From assembly GCA_020353515.1 (NCBI GenBank), contig CP070695.1, positions 2,294,866 through 2,358,865 on the forward strand: DNA of 64,000 nt, in the 5' to 3' direction. A program made the position numbers and the translations under genes. Of this stretch, positions 11,102 through 20,163 are shown one piece after another (the stretch's first letter is position 1; each line of letters starts with the position of its first letter). The DNA comes from Candidatus Heimdallarchaeota archaeon. GTDB taxonomy: Archaea; Asgardarchaeota; Heimdallarchaeia; Hodarchaeales; Hodarchaeaceae. The notes beneath the pieces are model-generated. The model saw only the letters and a list, made by a program, of their open reading frames with translations, did not search any database and was not told the origin of the DNA.

Positions 11102-11267
11102 AAATCTCTTTCTGTTTATATTAGATAGTAATTTTCCTGATCTATCTAGATTTCTAGAGTTATCATTTATTTTTTAACCTTTATCTCCTTTCTCATATAT
11201 ATTATTTCTTTAATGGATCTAATTATTATCTCGACATTATTTAATTCTTTGTAACCAAATTAAAGTT

Positions 11268-14200
11268 TTATCCACCTCGCATAGCTCTAATTCGTTCGTA
11301 CAGCGCGGCTAATCCCACTCCACCACCAAAAGCAAGTACTGGAGACGCAAGAAGCAACACAATGTTGGTAAATGGATTTGGAGGGCTAGGATGAATAATA
11401 GTAAAGGAATCCGAAATAACCTCTTGGTTATTTCCTGTTTTATCACGAATTAGAATTCTAATAGAATATACACCTTCAGGTAGCTCTGAAGTATCAAAGA
11501 CGAGGGTTGCTTGAGAATTCGTTGCTGAAATGTTACTACCAGTATCTCCGTATCGAACAGTGACTAAAACGTTATCAGTTGCATTACGAAGCTCAAACGT
11601 CAGTGTATCCAAATAAATACCTGTTTCAATATCATCGTATGAAACCGTAATCATAACTTCCTCATCTACCTCTAGAAGTAGGTCATCAGTGATTTCCATG
11701 TTTGGTGCAGTATGATCAAGGTTTACATCTAAAGAGACATTCCCTTCATTCCCCGCTAAATCGCTGAAGGTTACTAGAATCGTCCAGTCCTCATATCCAC
11801 TGAAAGAATCATTGCGATGAAGAAGATCAAGGTCATCAGGATTAAGGATGATACCCCAATCATATGAAAAACTATTGTCAGTGACAGTAATGCTCTTATT
11901 CATTTCAATACTGTCCCTCTGGGAATTTACAATGAAAAGACGAGCAGAAGCATCATTAAATCCAAAATTCAAACCTGTATTAGAATTATTAGCTTCAACG
12001 GTGCCTGAAATTATGACAAGTCCATCTGAATCAACATCTAGATATCCATTTTCGTTTTCTGTGACATATATCGTCCCTGTTGGTGCAACTACATCAAAAA
12101 CAACATCAATCCCGTATATATTCCAATTATGTGCTTCATCAGAGGCAAATATAAGAATAGTATAGGTAATATCTGAGACTGAGGCTTTCGGGGTGGCCCA
12201 ATTGTAATAAAATGTGTATTGTCCCATAATTTGATTCATTGTATTATTGACGCCATTAATTTGAACTTTAACAGATCCATTGATTAAGCCATCTGAAACA
12301 TCTTGGAGACTGGGATCTATAACAGTCACTCTAATTTCTGTTACATCATTGGGAAGGAGGAGAGCAACACCAGGTGAAGTTTCTGTCGGACTAATCATTG
12401 TAATTTGAGGTGGAGTGATATCAAACACAATCCAATTAAGGTTAATGTAGTAATATTTTGATAATTCCGTACCATTGTCTAACAGATGACAAAATTTCCA
12501 AATCCATGTGTCATTCTCCAATCCTGTAAACGAATAATCAAGAGTAAAGGAACCAGCATTAGGATCGTCAAGTACAGGTTGAGGTAGAGGAGAAATGGTA
12601 TCGTTCCATGTGGTGTTTATCCATTTTCCTCCCAGTCCTCGGTCTGAGGAATCTGTAAGATTTCCCCTGATAGTAATATCACGGTTTTGTACCCCTGAAA
12701 CAATGATGATCGTGTTACTCGTCAACGCTATTGTGGTGTCATTGAAGGGGAAATAAATTTCTAATTCTATTTCGTAATCCCAGTAAATGTATATTGGGGT
12801 CTGATTATAATTTACGCGATAATGAAGGAGGCCAGGATTAGTAATATTCAACCTTATGGATAATGTGTCTTTATTGTAATTATAAGGAATTTGATAAGAT
12901 ATATTATAAGTTCCATCAGCATTTGGGCTTGCAATAGCAGCTATCCCTATCTCATGAGTTCCATTCCAACCAATAACACGCAAATTGTTCGTCAGTTCAG
13001 TAAACGTGGATGAAAACGGATTGATAAGAGGTTCCGAATCAATGGGTAAGCCTTGATCATCAATTAGCGTTCCTGAAATAGTCACAGATCCACCTACAAA
13101 AACAAAACGAGAGGTTCCATTAAAGTTACTAAGAGTAAAATTACTAAGATCGATGGTGGTAACAACTCGAGTTTCATTAACCCCCTCGCGTCCTTCTCGT
13201 GGAGTAGGTGGGGTTGGGTCAAAGCCAAAAATCGTAACATTATCCCCCAGAGGTGTAGTAGCAGGTAAAGTAATAACTGCTGAAAATTCGCCTTGAGTAT
13301 CAGTCATTACATTATTATCTAGGAGGACCCAATCTTGATTGGTGTGGTTCATATAAAGATATATTAGTTCATTTTGGACAGGATCTTGAGTATTGTCCTT
13401 ATAGGTGCCTTCAATGGTAATTTGGGAGGTTCCTCGGTAGACTTCAAAAAGTCCAGATGTGATGTTAAATCCTGCATCTGGATGAGAAGGATCTGTCACG
13501 CCTCCACTCGGAATCCATACTCTAATTAAATCAATATTCTTAACTTCAAATACTGTTGACACATAAGAATAGTTTCCAGTAACATCAGTACCATTCACCC
13601 AAACACCAGCTAATTTTCCTGATGGAACAGTAGAAGGATATGGTGAGGTGAAATTATAAATTCGATCCTTTAGACTTCCAAAATCTGCTGTTACGGAAAG
13701 AGTATACATAGCTTCGGGCGTCATCCCAGTTGCATTCATCTCGATATAAAAAATAACACTACTATCGACTGAATCTTGATACCATATGGGTGAAACGTCC
13801 ATTTCCCAATCTGCGGGATCTGTATTGTTGATCTGGATAGAAATGTTAAGACCATCAATGTCGGGGAATACATCCCCCCCTGGATAATTTAGTTTAAGTC
13901 TGAATTCTGTCATAAGGACTTCATTATGTTGAACCAGGGTCGCATTTGGAGGATTAGTGGTAGGAATGTAGACGTATCCAGTGAAATACTGGGGTCGGAC
14001 TGTGATTCTTCTTGTGATTTCAGAATAGGAGCTATTTGAGCGGAAATCTGGTCGTACACCTTTGGAACCGACATACCATTTATCATAGGAATCATTTTCA
14101 AAATCAGCAGTTACTTTGAAATTAATATTAAGGTTCTTTGGAGTTGTGCCATAGGTAGTAGTGAAAGTTACAGCTATCCTTCCAGAACCATCAGTATAAT

Positions 14201-16490
14201 AATATCCTGATCTTAATGGATCTACCGCTCCAGCAGTATGAATAGCAAGAGTAACCCCCTGATTCTTCATCGAAGTATAATCAAGGAAAGAGATATTTAC
14301 ATAAACATTACTTAGAGGAGTTGCTACTTCATCGTTAACCTGGAATGTCGTAATTATTGCATCACCAGGACGAATATAGGTATCTTGTGATTCATTCGTA
14401 AATGCAAATAAGACTGTACAGTTATTAAAGGCAGGATCAATGGTGATATCAGTCTTCTGGGTGTCACGCCAAGTTTTATTGAAATTCTGAAGAGTGTCCG
14501 CCCATCCCCAATCATTAATTGCATTTGAGTTTCCTATCCATCGTAAATTCGAATCATTTTCAAAATCAACAGTTATATCCAAGGGTACGCTTTGAATGTA
14601 TTCGGTTGTTTCAAGATAAGTTGAGGTGATCTTCACAAAGATAAACCCATTCACATCTGTAAAACGATAATTACCCCAAGCAATAGTGTTATTTGAATTC
14701 AAATAGACACCAGGAATAGATGTAGCTAACTCAATTTTAACTGGTACATCGGCAAAGGTGTCAGAAGTTTGGGTCGAGAAGACTTCATATCGGACTAACG
14801 CACTTTGGCCAGGACGTATATTAGTGGTATTTGACCAGTTATATTGGATATTACCCACCCAAAAGTCTGGATTAATACTAACATCGTCATCAGTTGAAAT
14901 GGATAGAGTGTCTCCAGTACCCCGCAAGAAACGATGAGGTAGACGATAAGTATCAGCGATGTAGGGATAGCTTGGTTTGTCAATACTCGTCAGATTCGCA
15001 GTAATATTGATATTTGAAACAATGTCTGAATATAAAATGGGATACTCAGCTGTAATATTAAATCCTATATATCCAGTGGAATTTGTGAGGTAATAGCCTG
15101 GGGTTCCACTGAATGCAAAACCCGATGCTATAGTCAATGTCACGCCTGCAGGATAACTATCTAATGTAGCGTTTACAGGAATGTCTCTAAGGTAATAATA
15201 AGGCTGGGTATCATAAGCATATTGTGCACGAACACGAACAGCTACAATAGCAGTTTCAACATTTGGAGGATCTATCTCCCAAGTGGGAGGTACCGCTTGA
15301 AGTTCAATGAAGTCTACATAATCCCATTCATTTAGGACTGTGAAATTGGCAGTTGTACTGGTAGTAGTTTCAAAGTTTTCAGTTAAAAATTGTGTCCTTG
15401 AAAAATCTGCTGTGACATTGAAGTAGTACTGCTCCTCTGGAGTAGAATCCGAAGTATTGACAACTAATTTTAGTTGACCATCGACATTTGTAGTGTCATT
15501 TGGAGTTCCATATACAGCGTCTCTAAGCTCAAACTGAATACCAAGTGAAGCAGGATCCGTTATTTTACTGTTGTTACCCTTGAAGTGTAATCCACTAACC
15601 GTAACAGTGACATTTGTTATACCGGTACCACCTGAGTCTGCTGTGAGCATGGTTGTTGCATTTTCTCCTTGACGAAAAGTTTCATCATTACTAGCATCAT
15701 TAGTAAAATCATCAGAGGTGAATGTTGCAACCGAACTTACTTGGAACCTGTCAGTTTTATAAATATAATAATCACTTCCGATACTTGATTCAGATACATT
15801 TAAAGCAGGGTAATATTGAAATATTGTGACATTGTCATCAGATAGAATCCCCATGGAATTTAGAGTAGCTATATCAGGAATTGTAAAGGTTGTATTGATC
15901 CATCCTACTGTTGGATCATTAGAAAAAGCAGTCGCCCCTGTTGTTCCATTTGTTGTTGCTTTGTGATCAGCATAATATATACAATTTGCTGTATTATTAC
16001 CGATAAAGTTTCCCTCTCCATCAGTTTTATTGATTTCAGTGAGTATTTGTTGAATGGTCCAACTAGTTTCTTCAAACAGAAAAAAGTAAACATCTTGGTC
16101 AACTACACATAGGGAAGGATATTGTCTGAGATTGAACCAATTGCTGATCCAGATTGTACTTCCAGGAAAATATTGTGGTAGAGGATTTATAATATCGTTT
16201 ATGCTGCCTCGTGGAGGGTGAGTATTTCTTAAGGGTGGAATGATACCCGTTTGAGGGGTATCAATTGATGAAAGAATATTTTCTTGTAATGGTGTAAGAT
16301 CGTCAGTATATAAGGAAAATTGTGAGTTAAAAGTAAGGAATTGAAAAAAGTGTTGGGATACTAGTCCAGAAAAGGCAAAAACCATAACAATTATTAGAAA
16401 GAGTGTTGTACCATTCCGAATTTCTTTCACTTTTAATCCACCAAAAGGACTTATCTTTGTTATCTTGAAAACGGTCAAATTTCCATTCAT
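11268..16490 (-). CDS. Giant cell-surface glycoprotein with tandem Ig-like repeats and a C-terminal TM anchor
   Basis: Signal-like hydrophobic N-terminus (true start probably GTG at ~16430); repeated T(D/N)xxG and (V/I)TADF motifs; three D..xP / SDxAGN-type modules; many NxS/T sequons; C-terminal TM. Confidence 0.85.
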   Translation of the reverse strand: MNGNLTVFKITKISPFGGLKVKEIRNGTTLFLIIVMVFAFSGLVSQHFFQFLTFNSQFSLYTDDLTPLQENILSSIDTPQTGIIPPLRNTHPPRGSINDIINPLPQYFPGSTIWISNWFNLRQYPSLCVVDQDVYFFLFEETSWTIQQILTEINKTDGEGNFIGNNTANCIYYADHKATTNGTTGATAFSNDPTVGWINTTFTIPDIATLNSMGILSDDNVTIFQYYPALNVSESSIGSDYYIYKTDRFQVSSVATFTSDDFTNDASNDETFRQGENATTMLTADSGGTGITNVTVTVSGLHFKGNNSKITDPASLGIQFELRDAVYGTPNDTTNVDGQLKLVVNTSDSTPEEQYYFNVTADFSRTQFLTENFETTTSTTANFTVLNEWDYVDFIELQAVPPTWEIDPPNVETAIVAVRVRAQYAYDTQPYYYLRDIPVNATLDSYPAGVTLTIASGFAFSGTPGYYLTNSTGYIGFNITAEYPILYSDIVSNINITANLTSIDKPSYPYIADTYRLPHRFLRGTGDTLSISTDDDVSINPDFWVGNIQYNWSNTTNIRPGQSALVRYEVFSTQTSDTFADVPVKIELATSIPGVYLNSNNTIAWGNYRFTDVNGFIFVKITSTYLETTEYIQSVPLDITVDFENDSNLRWIGNSNAINDWGWADTLQNFNKTWRDTQKTDITIDPAFNNCTVLFAFTNESQDTYIRPGDAIITTFQVNDEVATPLSNVYVNISFLDYTSMKNQGVTLAIHTAGAVDPLRSGYYYTDGSGRIAVTFTTTYGTTPKNLNINFKVTADFENDSYDKWYVGSKGVRPDFRSNSSYSEITRRITVRPQYFTGYVYIPTTNPPNATLVQHNEVLMTEFRLKLNYPGGDVFPDIDGLNISIQINNTDPADWEMDVSPIWYQDSVDSSVIFYIEMNATGMTPEAMYTLSVTADFGSLKDRIYNFTSPYPSTVPSGKLAGVWVNGTDVTGNYSYVSTVFEVKNIDLIRVWIPSGGVTDPSHPDAGFNITSGLFEVYRGTSQITIEGTYKDNTQDPVQNELIYLYMNHTNQDWVLLDNNVMTDTQGEFSAVITLPATTPLGDNVTIFGFDPTPPTPREGREGVNETRVVTTIDLSNFTLSNFNGTSRFVFVGGSVTISGTLIDDQGLPIDSEPLINPFSSTFTELTNNLRVIGWNGTHEIGIAAIASPNADGTYNISYQIPYNYNKDTLSIRLNITNPGLLHYRVNYNQTPIYIYWDYEIELEIYFPFNDTTIALTSNTIIIVSGVQNRDITIRGNLTDSSDRGLGGKWINTTWNDTISPLPQPVLDDPNAGSFTLDYSFTGLENDTWIWKFCHLLDNGTELSKYYYINLNWIVFDITPPQITMISPTETSPGVALLLPNDVTEIRVTVIDPSLQDVSDGLINGSVKVQINGVNNTMNQIMGQYTFYYNWATPKASVSDITYTILIFASDEAHNWNIYGIDVVFDVVAPTGTIYVTENENGYLDVDSDGLVIISGTVEANNSNTGLNFGFNDASARLFIVNSQRDSIEMNKSITVTDNSFSYDWGIILNPDDLDLLHRNDSFSGYEDWTILVTFSDLAGNEGNVSLDVNLDHTAPNMEITDDLLLEVDEEVMITVSYDDIETGIYLDTLTFELRNATDNVLVTVRYGDTGSNISATNSQATLVFDTSELPEGVYSIRILIRDKTGNNQEVISDSFTIIHPSPPNPFTNIVLLLASPVLAFGGGVGLAALYERIRAMRGG

Positions 16491-16946
16491 TGCGAAATTT
16501 GAAAGGCTTTAAGGTAAAGTATTAAGTAGGTTCTTTAATGTTTAACCTTCTTTATTTATGTATCCGTATAGAATCTCTAGGACGAAATAGTATTTTTTTG
16601 GTCCTGATATTTCTCTCAAGTTAATTGGGCACTTTGATTTGGTATTCTAGCATTATCAGATTATTACGGGCATTAATTCTATGTAGTTGGGTAATTTTTA
16701 GAAACAGTTTGAATTAAAGCGTTTTCCCATCAAAATTGCCTATCCAAGAGACATACAGCCTTTAACAAAACTTAGATAACTGAAAAATATGATTTAGAGG
16801 AGTTCTAAAGAATAAAGTAAATTCCTCCAGGTCTTCGGTTTTAGAAAGAATTTTTGACAAAAAACAATCATAGAAAGGTTGAAATAAAAAGGTATTTAAC
16901 AAAACTTAGATGCTTATTAAATATAGAATCAGATCATTTTTCCATA

Positions 16947-17711
16947 ATGGAGTTGGCCTTCATACCATTATTCAAAGGAAGTAAAACCAAGAAAGCGCAA
17001 GAAGAATTCGATCAAGGAATGGTTTTTTATGAGACCCAGCGATATAATGAGGCCCTAGAGAGTTTTAAAAAGGCCACGAAATTATTTACTGGTGGAGATC
17101 AGAAGAAATTAAGTCAAAGAGCTGAAGCGTACCAATTTTGCGCCAAGGGTTACATTAATATGCTAGATATGAATCTTCTAGATGCAATCAGATGTTTTGG
17201 TAAAGCAAATGTGAAGTTCTCAACAGAAGGATTTTCTGATGAAGCAAAACAAGCCAGAACTATCCAAGCTCAAACTCAAGGAGAATTTGCTAAAGTAAAA
17301 GCTAAAGAAGGGGAATTTATCGAATCCGCGCGGCTTTATGAGTCAGCAGCTGCACTCTATGAGACCACAGGACTAGAAATGGAGGCAGCTCGAGCTCGAG
17401 CCCGTTCGTTTGTTCAAAGAGCGGCAGCGATGGATTCGAACTTTGATAAGGCATATTATTTAGAGAAAGCAGTAGACGAGTTTAAGAAAGGAAGGGAAGA
17501 TCCAACACGGTATGAAGCTCACGCATTATATCAACGAGCAAGAGCATTAATTAGTGCGCGAGAAAATGTTAAGGAGGTAATTGACCTCCTCGCCAAAGCT
17601 CATGAGAAATACCATAAAGTGGGAAATACAACACAAACAGAAAAAGTAAGACGATTGTTACAAGATCTAACAGAACAGGTTAAGACTCGGCCCTCTGAGT
17701 TTGGTATTTAA
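16947..17711 (+). CDS. TPR / SNAP-like alpha-helical repeat protein
   Basis: Repeated A...F.KA / A..Y..AA..Y helical units; start uncertain (ATG 16947 or ATA 16962). Confidence 0.75.
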   Translation: MELAFIPLFKGSKTKKAQEEFDQGMVFYETQRYNEALESFKKATKLFTGGDQKKLSQRAEAYQFCAKGYINMLDMNLLDAIRCFGKANVKFSTEGFSDEAKQARTIQAQTQGEFAKVKAKEGEFIESARLYESAAALYETTGLEMEAARARARSFVQRAAAMDSNFDKAYYLEKAVDEFKKGREDPTRYEAHALYQRARALISARENVKEVIDLLAKAHEKYHKVGNTTQTEKVRRLLQDLTEQVKTRPSEFGI

Positions 17712-17763
17712 TTAGTAAGCTACAAATTTATATTAACATGAGATTTAATTAATCTTCAGTCCA

Positions 17764-17825
17764 GCCGATGATGACAGCTTAGGGAACAGAAGGCAATTAA
17801 TGATGAACGATGAGCGGTCTGAGGC
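17764..17825 (+). ncRNA. Box C/D 2'-O-methylation guide sRNA
   Basis: gcc-g-ATGATGA(C)-12 nt-CAGA(D')-spacer-ATGATGA(C')-12 nt-CTGA(D)-ggc; TATA-like TTTATATT ~30-40 nt upstream. Confidence 0.85.
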
Positions 17826-17855
17826 ATTTAAGCTTTTTTTAGGATTTTAAAGCCC

Positions 17856-18599
17856 ATGACAGTAACAATTTTTCCTCTTCAAGATTTTCCTCTTATTAAT
17901 CCTGGAGATGACCTCGCAGATATTTTGGTAGCCGAATTACGAAAAATATCATTAGAAAATGGCGATATCATTGTCATTGCTCATACTATTGTTTCTAAAG
18001 CGGAAGATAAAGTATACAACCTCGATGAAGTGAATCCGAGCGCTTTCGCTCTGCAAATCGGTGAACTCCAAGAAAAGGATCCTAGAAAGATAGAGGTTAT
18101 TCTTCAAGAGAGCAGCGAGATTATTCGGATGAATGAGCATGTCTTAATAACTGCTACAAAACATGGTTTTATCTGTGCTAATAGTGGCGTAGATAAATCT
18201 AATACTCCTGGTGAGACTGTAGTTGGGCTCCCTGATGATCCTGATTTGTCAGCAAGACGAATAAAGGAGCGAATCCTCCAAGATTTAGGAAAAAATGTAG
18301 CGATCATTATTTCTGATACCTTTGGTCGTCCTCTCAGAGTGGGTACAGTCAATGTTGCCATTGGAGTTGTGGGAATAAATCCTGTTGACGATTTAAGAGG
18401 TCATAAAGACCTTTTTGGATACGAACTAGTTTCAACTGTTGTTGCTAAAGCGGATGAAGTGGCAGCAGCAGCAGGTTTGGTAATGGGACAAGCAGACGAG
18501 GGAACACCAGTCATCATCGTACGTGGGGTAGAATATGCGCAAGTTGATACTTCTGCCAAAATTTTGATCAGGGATCGTCACACAGATGTGTTTCGTTAA
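17856..18599 (+). CDS. cofE: Coenzyme F420-0:L-glutamate ligase
   Basis: PLINPGDDL, IVSKAE, CANSGVDKSN, ISDTFGRPLRVG and MGQADEGTPV. Confidence 0.93.
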   Translation: MTVTIFPLQDFPLINPGDDLADILVAELRKISLENGDIIVIAHTIVSKAEDKVYNLDEVNPSAFALQIGELQEKDPRKIEVILQESSEIIRMNEHVLITATKHGFICANSGVDKSNTPGETVVGLPDDPDLSARRIKERILQDLGKNVAIIISDTFGRPLRVGTVNVAIGVVGINPVDDLRGHKDLFGYELVSTVVAKADEVAAAAGLVMGQADEGTPVIIVRGVEYAQVDTSAKILIRDRHTDVFR

Positions 18600-18681
18600 C
18601 TGATTCTTCTGTCTTTTTTCGCTGTTACATGGAATTCAATTTAAATTCACCACAAAAACTGTTCAAATATAGTAATATTGA

Positions 18682-18783
18682 GCGCCGATAGTCTAGTTTG
18701 GCAGGACTCCAGCCTCCCAAGCTGGTGACCCGGGTTCAAATTCAATCCTCTATTGAGAATTCCTGAAAATCCCGGTCGGCGCA
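18682..18783 (+). tRNA. tRNA-Gly(CCC) with a 29-nt intron at 59/60 (18741-18769)
   Basis: GCGCCGA/TCGGCGC acceptor; ccagc-CTCCCAA-gctgg anticodon arm; T loop interrupted by a bulge-helix motif (TTCA/TGAA helix with AAT bulges). Confidence 0.93.
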
Positions 18784-18811
18784 TCCTCCAAGTCAAGAAA
18801 CTGATGTTGCT

Positions 18812-19102
18812 ATGATAGTTCATCTCCAATTTTTAGGATCTCTACAATATGATTTAAAACAACAATCCTTACCCTTTCAGATTTCTTCAGAGAGATCCTT
18901 GCGAGAAATTGTCTCAGAAATTATACAGGATCCGCAATTCAAGGAACTAAAGAGTTTTTTTTCTGAGTCACTTGAAACTAAACGTTCTCTCTTAGTTTTC
19001 ATTAATCAGCAAGAGATATCAGTATTAAACGGGATGAATACAAAGGTGAAAGGTGAGGATATCATTACTTTCATACCAGTCATTCATGGAGGAGCTTTTT
19101 GA
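18812..19102 (+). CDS. Ubiquitin-like Urm1/SAMP/MoaD family protein ending in GG-AF
   Basis: LVFINQQEI...D.ITFIPVIHGG beta-grasp signature. Confidence 0.88.
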   Translation: MIVHLQFLGSLQYDLKQQSLPFQISSERSLREIVSEIIQDPQFKELKSFFSESLETKRSLLVFINQQEISVLNGMNTKVKGEDIITFIPVIHGGAF

Positions 19103-19129
19103 CAAGATAAATGGTATTTATTGAAGTGA

Positions 19130-20062
19130 TTGAATATGACGATAAATATGAAAGGACGGTCCTTGTTAACACTTAAAGATCTTACTACCGATGAATTTCG
19201 GTTTTTACTTGATGAGACGTTGAAATTCAAAGGAAATAGGGCTCAACATGTGAAGGATCAACCACTAAGAGGAAAAACATTAGGAATGATTTTTCAAAAA
19301 CGATCTACCAGGACTCGTGTATCAACAGAAACAGCAATGGTCGAGTTAGGGGGGCATGCACTGTTTTTAGGAAAAGATGACATTCAATTAGGGGTTAATG
19401 AATCACTATTTGACACAGCGAAAGTTCTAGGTCGCATGGTATCTGGAATTCTTGCCCGTGTTTTTGATCATTCTGATGTAGAAGTGTTAGCTAAACATTC
19501 AGGAGTTCCCGTAATCAATGCGCTCTCAGATCTGTTTCATCCTCTTCAAGGACTAGCAGATGTAATGACGATCGAAGAACATCTTGGGAAATTAAAGGGG
19601 GTTAATATCGCATGGATTGGAGATGGAAATAATGTATGTCATTCTTTGATGATTTCTTCTATAAAAATGGGGATGAATATTCATATTGCAACACCGGAAG
19701 GATATGAACCAGACTCTACCGTGTTTGATTATTGTAAGAATAATGCATCATCATCAGAACAGGTTAGGTTGACTTATGATCCTATTGTAGCAGCAACAGA
19801 TGCGAATGTGGTAGTAACGGACACTTTCATTTCTATGGGTCAAGAGGCTGAAAAACAAGAGAAATTAAAGAAGTTTAAGGGTTTCCAAGTTAATAACCAG
19901 TTAGTACAGCATGCTGATAAGGATTACATATTTCTACATTGTCTTCCTCGTCATGAAGAAGAGGTTACAGATGATGTAATTTATGGTGAGCATTCAGTCG
20001 TTTTCGATGAGGCTGAGAATCGATTACATACTGTGGCTGCAGTATTGAAGAATGTACTATGA
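19130..20062 (+). CDS. argF: Ornithine carbamoyltransferase
   Basis: STRTR, HPLQGLAD, GDGNNV, SMG, HCLPR and EAENR motifs; true start may be a downstream ATG. Confidence 0.96.
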   Translation: MNMTINMKGRSLLTLKDLTTDEFRFLLDETLKFKGNRAQHVKDQPLRGKTLGMIFQKRSTRTRVSTETAMVELGGHALFLGKDDIQLGVNESLFDTAKVLGRMVSGILARVFDHSDVEVLAKHSGVPVINALSDLFHPLQGLADVMTIEEHLGKLKGVNIAWIGDGNNVCHSLMISSIKMGMNIHIATPEGYEPDSTVFDYCKNNASSSEQVRLTYDPIVAATDANVVVTDTFISMGQEAEKQEKLKKFKGFQVNNQLVQHADKDYIFLHCLPRHEEEVTDDVIYGEHSVVFDEAENRLHTVAAVLKNVL

Positions 20063-20163
20063 GCTCCATAATACAAATCTACTTGTCTTAGGAGAAATTA
20101 TTTAAATAATTGAAGTTTCTTTAAAGTCTGAAAAAAAAAGGAAGAATTGACGAGGCTATATAC

